From: Clostridia bacterium
GTDB lineage: Bacteria > Bacillota > Clostridia > Christensenellales > UBA1242
DNA length: 64,000 bases
Direction: 5' to 3'
Assembly (NCBI GenBank): GCA_016297915.1
Contig: JAEDFU010000006.1
Span: forward strand, 3,618 to 67,617
The notes under the pieces were generated by a model. It made no database searches and was not told the DNA's origin. It saw nothing but the letters and a program-made list of their open reading frames with translations. This document shows positions 62,301 through 64,000 of this stretch, piece by piece. The translations under genes were made by a program, and so were the position numbers. Every line of letters begins with the position of its first letter. The first letter of the stretch is position 1.

Positions 62301-64000
62301 CTTTTATGTCATTACATGCATTGTCTTGTAGTGTTGTCGACAAGTTCATTTTGGTTGAATGTGTATGATCAATTGCATTTGCACTACACGAATAGAACGA
62401 AATATATGGAACATATGTGTATAGCGAAGAATTATCTTTGTTATATTGCAAGCCTTTATTTACAATGTATACACCTGTTTTGTTAGAAATCTGTGTTACT
62501 TTGGCAATGCTCAAAGTCATTGTATTGGATATAGTTTTACTAACTGTTGATTGGTTTCTGTTAAATAAATAACCTAAATTATATGAAACTCCACCAATTG
62601 TTACATCTGTGCCGTCTAGTTGTTCGTAAGTATAAGATCCACCCTTGTCTACAAAGATGATGTTTTTGAAATCTTGTTTGAATTGTCTATCGCCAGAAAT
62701 AGTTGCATGAGCAGTACTAGTATAGCCGGTTGTAACACTAAATGTATTTGCGCCGTTTGATGAGTAGCCATCAAGTGCAGTTGTAGAGATACGATGTCCG
62801 ACTCTAGCACCCATTTCGTATAATGACGAGTAGAAAGAATTATTGTATATACTATCTTTGGTCAAATCAACTGTTAATTGTACTTGCTCAATAAGCCAAA
62901 CATTGATATTTGATGCAGTTGACGACGAACTTGGAGTTGTGAGGCTACCAGTACTTGTAATTGAACTTGGATTAGAATTTTTTGCTCCAGTAGTCCAGTA
63001 CATACGATAGTAGTAATTTGTACCACTAACATTTATTATGTAAGCACCATAACCAGTAGTATCGCTAGCAGTTGTTGATATGATTGTGTCACCAAATTTA
63101 AGACTAGTTGTATATGGAGTACCAAATGGTCTTGATGCGAATGTAGCTTTGTATGCTGTACCAAAAGTAGAATTTGGTGAGCTTACAAAGTTTGCATTGT
63201 CCGAGCCAAGTACTGCAGTCATACCAGTTGAGATGCTTGATGTTACAATTTGACTGCTATCTAAACTACCAACTACGCCTAAGTTTACATTGACATCAAC
63301 GCCGGCAATTTCTGAAGTAACCTTGATTTCGACTTGTGAATCGCGGTTTGCAGACAACAACGCCAAAGAATAGAAGTTTCCAGAAGGAACAGTTGGGGTA
63401 GCAACAGGAGTTGTACCAAATTTTCGTGTGGCAGCAGACGATTGACCTGCATATGTTACTGTAAGCGTAGACGCACTGCTACTCCTACCGTCGGTCAAAT
63501 GTACGGTAGTTGAGCCGTTTTTGTAACCACCTGCAGTATCAGTAGAATTTAAGTAGTAATTTTGCCCACCTATTGTTAAACTAGCAATCCTGTATGTATC
63601 TACAGCATCTCTTACAACAATACTATATGCAGGTGTATTGGTGGCGGTATATAGTACCCAATTGTTTACAACAGTTCCGCCGGTTATAGTAGCAGTAATT
63701 CCGCCTGCATCTGTGGTATCAATACTTGTCTTAACATATGCTTGATCATATGAGATAATCAAATCTTTGCCATTAGTGAATGGGAATTTAACTAACATAC
63801 CAGTTGTAAACTCATAACCATTATTTGACGCTTGTGTATAACCACCCGAATTAGCGTTAAATAAGTTGGCAAGTGTAGCCATTACCGTAGAGCCGTTTTT
63901 AAACGAAAGCTGATTAATCCTATATGCATTATATGTGTTATTCACATAAAATCTCATCTCTGAAGCAGTTGCCAAAAAGAAATGATAACCAGTGACATTA
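41332..64000 (-). CDS. giant S/T/N/Y-rich putative cell-surface protein, at least 7,555 aa within the window; N-terminus and promoter lie beyond the window edge
   Basis: Single uninterrupted frame from the window edge to the TAA at 41332-41334. Every other frame across this 22.7 kb is broken into ORFs of 150 codons or fewer. Contains six beta-helix/GLUG-like modules and beta-rich spacer regions. Coding status is secure; function is inferred. Confidence 0.9.
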   Translation of the reverse strand, partial: NVTGYHFFLATASEMRFYVNNTYNAYRINQLSFKNGSTVMATLANLFNANSGGYTQASNNGYEFTTGMLVKFPFTNGKDLIISYDQAYVKTSIDTTDAGGITATITGGTVVNNWVLYTATNTPAYSIVVRDAVDTYRIASLTIGGQNYYLNSTDTAGGYKNGSTTVHLTDGRSSSASTLTVTYAGQSSAATRKFGTTPVATPTVPSGNFYSLALLSANRDSQVEIKVTSEIAGVDVNVNLGVVGSLDSSQIVTSSISTGMTAVLGSDNANFVSSPNSTFGTAYKATFASRPFGTPYTTSLKFGDTIISTTASDTTGYGAYIINVSGTNYYYRMYWTTGAKNSNPSSITSTGSLTTPSSSSTASNINVWLIEQVQLTVDLTKDSIYNNSFYSSLYEMGARVGHRISTTALDGYSSNGANTFSVTTGYTSTAHATISGDRQFKQDFKNIIFVDKGGSYTYEQLDGTDVTIGGVSYNLGYLFNRNQSTVSKTISNTMTLSIAKVTQISNKTGVYIVNKGLQYNKDNSSLYTYVPYISFYSCSANAIDHTHSTKMNLSTTLQDNACNDIKDNTGTVMQGDTGTDIKLAQQYSSQSSGLVGKKIYPSGSSIKIASITLKGSDQTTDGGYAGSANKVTYIIETVYGNYIEVTRGDNLDDAAYDNILISIEATGDTSLDAKDITFNNRPVIGTAQPLSKYGHKSSNAISTMQFTYAPYITLNFEGNTTAYSAQANALKLTTLNPIENISINALLDGDTSTKAPQNHSGYSWTYDLADTDTNKNLVVTVTITMRAGYKYNGVKIGTTTYTDSGTTLATIPPVKPTISGNTITFEVTLNKAQYLNTNSIKVQSKIEPQFEEIQTFGTGSTNSSSVKITGRGQITIGDKYGSNTSNSSNLTLNTRGTNNTVYTSTSTALKVYYYSILEAQFTPDTNFVRQLAKINGVSNTEYVAGNVAFYNASNINYKGTYTGSSFVIEGEFVSYVKLATASSNAQLVSRGLALPSNHGFSSHTLDKTSAYDKITSTVSPATGYEVKYYKLYVYKTSDFNTITKDSANYTVYEIYSDGISTRVVPKAYTFTAEALEQIFTANLSADKNTIEFNFKAVDGKSNFFGSTSYMEIEPIMTETVKTAVVKTNTNNPVKWATNTLNARYIRVVAPTVPAFSVYTADGAVISNGTSTHSKTVDLGELKDIVKIVVNNTSSAYIKGLYVSQDGTTWYTITDDFVENIDKSTVTYTFVADYHLNYISTANNSFLTYKATSTKLIAPTLDDYLPIVGGLTYRIISNMTNYSVLVKAYDKNMNVLSGANTTYAKSQTISTPDTAKYLGLFFERSSASSGVVENLSDFKAKYNIHIQISASSTLNSTADAYILKGTNLPAITGTGILSDNGVGVRLVTESGSYVAKLNSSDYTSLSAIISSSSSDATATSQKYYAFEDTYRVIVNAISNNADFTADQVQRVVSNITETTRSSSNINTPDENTYPKYRYFSSANTSNSTTAIENAHKFGFKFVTGALNADNNLYGWQFVQFEILDGESLATQYTQFFTSPDSNFTDNKFIKTGANENKLFTIRITLKEKVFTHTFGHGCGDTLCTDCYTGLLNLSTTLAYDSSTTSISGTTGAKSATLNYRSVSNANSYASYINGTLGYRTTKSATKITTNTPSSDYNGGSMFAGLDDTAYTTLDCGFFTKLYIKADTDNYDELSANNWIIVEKLNATETNSTGISTISQFSYQNITTGAVTTGSDNFDKPYSEWVEFNIKANVSYIDSNYSVNFRHRFAKLFTISLSSFVNRHDGYSASTETLTISRITLEALKLKGYETYEIRKGSTLVGKIYANIAGKYSYGTYEYEIQAIAGNEHTITFETNSIYYAISEARMAGATLRSGSETVGPFSNGAYDNCMISGTPWITTNNNQVRPNVGSQAQFVISANDLSNVTTSPNFNLSVNFDYYHLVYLDRVNITSPGSNQEGRRTAGSINISSGNNNQASAGFSDSENYLNFVAIFVKEGGTINLIAFDQTATANANAPYGMDKFYAFGQLKGNNRYSSASYNSENGLVHSPYNTNGDWYLRSKYSTYYSLFTPQAAYDNAYYDTPQVNYATAETVFEIETKITSSNNDDVYYTAFFSTAKPVVLNLAKLDGTESSLLTVSTLDQSGLVKSTSEVTFTLGTNGCYGKVSLYSDAECTKVIPIRTDGYLYVGCGSAENSNFIDSPTIYLKYDGSASTITEYSLEGIYPHKTHNIGTCTFGNKLVTTASNKVYTTTTGILFDYNFAQNLDSNNQNHIAAKIKLNQLYAVEIVYRLRTSAQNLYTSINDFNSQVFLSLYNADVANPTFVHLNKTKQSENGKFSYSYYTTQFVSGTRVTLNAYVPFGGVKYGESQSIASAPFRIVRMARWMNETESTISGVTLNTFQNVTYTFNVNSDTAGIYYVDLVQMLKLSSKATEKNYISQAGYDNDASHTGGWLTLSNADSSKSIYNGITGRQNHSGTAQADLTGNYVDMYDTVKMQLRLENGFEPYSTITSTECFNGFTANETVSSLGYNQTTDESGNTYWHADYKFVILENHTTDLTYCIQAKVIEKKTPYSFYYGICKENGELYTPSEFPLTGLTEGQDLMTLVTTDNRSNKYTNKNYTEIADADRFIGYFGSVSFVTSVKVSSPYKFKTHKVDGENTYYPLAGNTNIVNTIYGYSHNGLNNGYDANKLANGTGCNSGNIALTNKSIEHPAINTDSNYGTVGVQKNKDIKVSAYFTYTISITINVQSADNQAFELNGETFQARFATKAGYTLNSSGFTYSKTMIVGYGTTVSETFDTVIEPKFNTANDVNSYKRGYVFENLIRKSGNSPITTSKSGDVLTFEFSNIRVAETVTLLYNPILLITLNKPTSGKGTATTVFTSNQLNTNNIPYYNEAGYSSWVNSSTGTVNNTEFSRLYNAFTSITTDTIGRGSNISATYELDNNSTGPTYVLGVYGTDSATGLKFTTTLTPYIYSINSPDYSLESSERYIPHEVTFTSGSKAELVTTHFTVKGVNYENYSKGVYDGSLINKDSRESYYKNNTLVSTDTSNATEFQTKIAVTQDATITPSFVREYTIEFRTYLSNASTGHAATIKLVVDDTEYALDTSSIDAKGDYYYRNVHVLAGETTSIKITWDDDQYDNLYNNITTFTNLNVDATSNSLGYINGSATNPDNYTVAGGNIVTFAKTISTAKDLWRETLYFMEKRNVKLTVSPGYLDASTQPTIEIEQDTIDPVGVNTSDNFKGVVNTTYQGNKIYVTNATTKSNNITATVQSTSADYKTVKLHAEDIRSRSAYQFKGFKLVGATDYLPGSTSLTAQNGLFEYAMTIPSDHNGTTYEIIADYELNTTNKDIVKILGNGSFQIGYSKAQTAEAAANNYTLGDTIYSNDTNEITRDTAGLLAQSANYIVIKATSGYNTTFTSASAKYTNADSMYFSKKGVNSASAEDDLYFKSSNNDNIFVFSIKNWEETNLNYMQYNTEITLVFTTETWRQHTEVITPSTVTRNGVSKTGYHVTKAEQLAYIANTPSIAQSADTVIYIDSDIDLNSYVWIPFDNFQGKIISEKYSISGIKTAGQKNIMLNSSIPLTASTNTPSFKNIYTDGSEKDPYTYASDLTGETFNFNRDLSMSFIGTSNGATIEGVKFDGLDYNYFNSANQYHGGIIGIANNTTLLDIDLGYISYNVESSTSRSVNYYFARAIGQTTGYNVIKNALINGDIYVNGASNIYASYLIGHSNCTDLGKPIVTSSGSATSQYLSNINFDDGGLSSVMTGYSAALISSNSSASVYIEDIYMYISGSNTSSNSHPISNEIGNGEFIYKNVYVNEFFSSSNNRSVMESTAGISSFGNRWVNPNSNNRTLRLASTTPYISGSVSVADHTGGTEEIPVIVAISSKEELVASLNKIDASNQYVELRLTSNINFGGDVWKTVNLPSGYTFNGAGYTISNITLHEYDSSFNSSGANRSNSLFGENSGVVKNLNLANVYMLVGATATYRPSSYGVIASINNGDIYSCSVNGTIDININDSDLNEVYVGGLIGTNNRDVYELEFVGDINVGAFGKNTQSPKFVGGIVGLQNGTSLNKVHSSATINTYGNTNYINNSSYFGGIIGKHTTTVVNDAYFGGNNAGINYSAGINEFEKSTSSSSKAYALSGSGANLTVNNFYSSATFRITSTNGLSSGTVTKTNAYMLSGTCNLPLANAEVISSDNLKETGSKPSGFDFENVWYYQTINNADTDYPYPMLIGNKNSHNVKVQIVVEGIDFVTSEDVANTFTLTNNQGFDQIIYGTKNESKHTSNSMDYYIKTLHDFTTNTSNKYQITIAPLTNFHIVEISVDGKSRRYQYNYRTNDNATTSKDIDVLSYISTTNGFAESDITYARTNEHVIRVILSKNFNYFGTGINGVSGESGRSNAMGTVTATGTIVDVNGTNKTNILSGNSQRYNNNSDTQDTWYLTKSTKEYYYTNTNASTPNSKISFTFEATPYVGSANSYVATRLLGWVFRPNSDTSSTFESLKSTSYIKYNSTNSGIDLIGDILNSNSSLIESTSITTSTITMNNGIISTPFITKATLTVVSDKAIEGYYYPVVEYIYTSAVATGLHYHEHISSCYDSNGNLICNYDTNHPFDYDSTTCVSGGNVCEYGYIEIGISTYPVVDGAVTYNNTSYPANLTAKTVTINGTTYPIKYNAVLTYTDDNGTYDITPGNIVSAGSQMTIEIKGEKSGTLIGKFARRFYNTATGTLQTYYYEIENQAISAIYYIENGQKHYFNDDTVQLSRGIFGVNNSSLFVQNNTYVTNIIFDLNYDSTSPSDPLSTVGEYAFYMIDKLYDFTYNIHNAENMEETHLSIRRDTISGQIISIKNDNGTLKYAFGTSNTYSEITANAVTQSVIAMGRALNVSIMLSGDNVIISSQMPDGHTAQIVSTTKENYRLTDENDSIIANRTNKDTQKDSNGNDIPSPKYTSYLDESSTESESLGEREKGYLSYKLSLNSTTYRMTKTYTYDYGKITVIDEKVSIDIEYKKDYYSYFDQLGIDTNIPNYYSGKLSGNTTDSTKFNNTTPTITSGQTLDAIKAMFQFENTSGTDGLTKNTAFVIDNPYKLGWLAHLLNNDTNASYQVGSATHYFKDAYYRISNNLDMSHKFWLPISQFDGVMFSGNEVTNTGSINGITIELMSKNLTGSFSEQTNSISNYVGFIANSSNARLIGLNFDAMDISTDLAYAVGAVVGNAKNIYIDNLHITNSTLYSIKTTHMGDKVALGGVIGVADYMFVINQTEVINVNFVANHNGVSAMIGLSDYFGEIYNSYAFVNRQSQYKTNTNVTISNPTLRFANAKDAILKSNVHHVNSGVADSDMMFNIGDISKYGKTNFLVASKVVNDATSKTVSQLNVDELGLDSRIWQNNSTNTSILGYLKQVSAIVDMSTSSSTLAGTGTKLDPYKISSASDFVLFMNNMNNNRNNESTVYYKLTADIDLKGLYLNPIVSFKANLDGDNYKISNLYLYASMGFVVSGTTYYDLALILENHGTIDSLFVDNFHIVNSNLSVVDSSDYSTSALVANNLGTISNVSVVADIISTSKFTAGAVGTNSAVLQTVISDGIIVGTDYVSAVVAKVNSSANTNNLGSSADILGYKRAYGVIACADTTNTLANMYFVGNIMMSDDSSGNQSIAGVIGINSTTKTTISNIYNAGTISVKVTNTASFSVANLANNVSSGEVQLSHAVWLSSSVKSMGLSNYSTTDVVVSGGASTLNDVLSRSSSEIVKVANFPTSTWDYTNVWSIYSDVNNGLPVFKQFNDYIVRLPYGDDYTLLNSNDLTDRYFTYDKESNENKDKLVLISPNYVVDIDNSVTSIRQNGATTISNNFVTITNVVINSNGTIYIYRGAQVNLRVTSIIYRHVTSITLGHKSSAIDNVTNTYTRISDVQDISGKKLGVQMELNPSSNVSNIYDRNRFDYYIEIREDIDTYDISVSTINTSNDSNELVDAIKISENTNNATVSSTNPTLTNIPHGSVVNIELSLASAVIAQEFANIRVDYWMLKADKTLDDGNGLNYLDNNKTIVNSVETSTNKFALNNKYNEAKYTMFGETGVQNEFAYTIADGKLSIQFVATAETSGEYVVSLIKQWLVQVKFNVNPDIGSDYPIAYINGYEQITDTQKAVLELGDTQTKSAYQINQNNLGDKDNNGTVSTQSYNTQYYVYENGALKLAELDAGVYSLAGTNLAYNSGSNLTNTDYIGTTFTTKMFVDHNAYVNFNTYTKETYTFTGFTGFDDQTKNEDIVSNQIIVGSETLELITHREIITHAYYSDSMIVANYIPSKHYVNTIVDSGADLEYNTTNGVVSAPDIISSTVSTNILQGTDITSEVRHGRSITITITPTAKYILDKCCVKYYVYKDTDTARIYYNPTTHSWTSNKAEITTNYLPVVQKYSGGVLINNATTLNYVRTDEQVLSNGNPTGDMTYSYKIDIGNVVGNIELHVNFVRHYWNDAPSSTTLQGGGTKTNPYRISKASDWGYIVNNSSSNNYFAGTYFVVTNDIDFESRFTPSLDRFAGVIFGNGYAFNNVLLDSHLSLGITSRHANEVSNADYIYGMSNVDTTTNTTKFGLINTLETQGIITGLKFNGLNIVASESNQTGINKSIVALVAENNGRLNNIVVNNSDDNISKYLIENNNNLIASANKYTYVFGGIAGINNGIISNAQNNATLNYTLDNCSNNQSIVAFGGIAGENHGQIINSKNLGNLSYIKNGLNFVSGKDKLIQGISYNIDTTNKDVLVYNVVSLGTIENTTTTNAICNDIGNILNAYSSTDYPEFKFEKTSGFATLGVNDYSSTNPLVDNGLWIEKSGIESITLDSLKMTIGTDDYYILDSADDIAWLSRASIYNNSSIQGKTFVIASSTPIDLSGRYFTPINSVHSNSFNIIGIGKDANNIVASDLLEDADVDNVVIKGMTIDSNVNIAIGSDEISIKSSFVNQISNSIIRGLDFVDVDILTLTSGATIVGTIGGTSSIANCNYISGNIYGYNNFDINNSNNTIVSGLAHEISDSTIVTGSSVTGYALQDDGTYRLHESYEFGGDLGGSIWALNGYVNASGMVANVNNGTKLQESYFNGIINSYNYSDGHSAYALFVEGSVLNNYVKGQVNSYNGALESIAGLVLRLSNNGQVINNYVATEFNLTNGNARVINAISSDATNYSVTKNYYLVDTTSTPKIGVGLVNTTSNASSDVTNNIIQISSSDLRSQNKFKKESTWDFDDIWIYINHINWDYPVLRSIYGGDTTDIDVIVYNPYKYGDDTNQLGNLNMDNNDILFTNASGKVESLYGDIVDSQDFESTTELKFTYSIITNEVGNFIVSNTSTGLITSTLFGELTKAGTEVDGVTITEDQTRYTEYATNDNADIIISQNIDSVNYGLVITFNERVFNVTVNATLTADAGTDGVQDSDYMTILLVHKDNSGVVDYAYSVNLHNNQSFKFENIYNGLYDVAGETAGVTTTIDAYGTYEIYIFYPMYYLNNTQNTYVTLNQNVSHNPTLNDNYKLADYTQYDIISTINTSNCNVNSLGSFTLDTITRDVEFSVTINKPYEYYLHHSSTNM
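42285..43527 (-). repeat. giant-protein module f (beta-helix/GLUG-like), about aa 6817-7230
   Basis: YYILDSADDIAWLSRAS...STPIDLSGRYFTPINSVHSNSFNIIGIG, IVGTIGGTSSIANC, IAGLVLRLSNNGQVINN, and a C-cap DIWIYINHINWDYPVL. Confidence 0.55.
43530..44604 (-). repeat. giant-protein module e (beta-helix/GLUG-like), about aa 6458-6815
   Basis: GGGTKTNPYRISKASDWGYIV...TNDIDFESRFTPSLDRFAGVIFGNGYAFNNVLL, FGGIAGINNGIISN, FGGIAGENHGQIIN, and a C-cap NGLWIEKSG. Confidence 0.6.
46690..47778 (-). repeat. giant-protein module d (beta-helix/GLUG-like), about aa 5400-5762
   Basis: GTGTKLDPYKISSASDFVLF...TADIDLKGLYLNPIVSFKANLDGDNYKISNLYL, TAGAVGTNS, IAGVIGINS, and a C-cap NVWSIYSDVNNGLPVF. Confidence 0.6.
47821..48815 (-). 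repeat. giant-protein module c (beta-helix/GLUG-like), about aa 5054-5385
   Basis: AFVIDNPYKLGWLAHLL...NNLDMSHKFWLPISQFDGVMFSGNEV, AVGAVVGNAKN, LGGVIGVAD, and a C-cap SRIWQNN...LGYL. Confidence 0.55.
51296..52395 (-). repeat. giant-protein module b (beta-helix/GLUG-like), about aa 3861-4227
   Basis: SNINFGGDVWKTVNLPSGYTFNGAGYTISNITL. GLUG-like turns VGGLIGTNNRDV, FVGGIVGLQNGT and YFGGIIGKHTTT. C-cap NVWYYQ...DYPYPML. Confidence 0.6.
52441..53540 (-). repeat. giant-protein module a (beta-helix/GLUG-like), about aa 3480-3845
   Basis: N-cap YHVTKAEQLAYIA...IDSDIDLNSYVWIPFDNFQGKI, internal GGIIGIANN-type turns, and a C-terminal RWVNPNSNN. Confidence 0.5.

Noticed and set aside
43196-62486. Numerous plus-strand ORFs of 60-150 codons (e.g. 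44983-45435, 49726-50097, 50692-50973) and out-of-frame minus-strand ORFs inside the giant gene.
   Set aside because: They are antisense to, or out of frame with, a 7,500-codon ORF. They have Cys/Ile/Leu-rich nonsense-like composition and no RBS, and are explained by the codon bias of the giant gene. Not genes.
41332-64000. The giant ORF as an assembly artefact of collapsed or concatenated tandem repeats.
   Set aside because: The six recognisable modules share only motif-level similarity, and I saw no long identical nucleotide repeats. The sequence is effectively unique along its length, which is not what repeat mis-assembly produces. Long-read confirmation is still advisable.

Overview
64-kb segment of a very AT-rich (by eye about 30% GC) Bacillota-type chromosome. 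It uses the standard genetic code: TGA acts as a stop in several ATGA gene overlaps, and all long ORFs are intact under code 11.

Coordinates 1-31 kb hold a conserved, mostly plus-strand housekeeping block with Clostridia-like synteny: tgt (partial), yajC, small membrane protein, secD, secF, recJ, rel, hemZ-like radical SAM, hypothetical, rpsO, pnp, polysaccharide deacetylase, ftsK/spoIIIE, rimO, pgsA, cinA-like, recA, class A PBP (minus), miaB, mutS, mutL, miaA, lexA (minus). Cheo-type SOS boxes precede recA and lexA, and most operons end in clear rho-independent terminators.

Coordinates 31.8-41.1 kb look more accessory:
- a tyrosine recombinase
- a hypothetical protein resembling a catalytically dead nucleotidyltransferase fold
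- a 405-bp structured non-coding gap
- a DUF45/YgjP-like metallopeptidase
- a PadR winged-helix domain fused through a long disordered linker to a 4-TM anchor
- a TVP38/DedA-like membrane protein
- an ABC-2 type transporter (ATPase plus a permease with a large extracytoplasmic domain)

The last 22.7 kb (35% of the window) is one uninterrupted minus-strand ORF of at least 7,555 codons, still open at the window edge. It encodes a giant S/T/N/Y-rich putative surface protein. I can see six diverged beta-helix/GLUG-like modules arranged as three tandem pairs, a possible discoidin-like segment, sparse Cys clusters, and no recognisable C-terminal anchor. This is the most unusual element here.

I found no rRNA, tRNA, CRISPR array or transposase. 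All homology statements come from motif recognition by eye, not from database searches.
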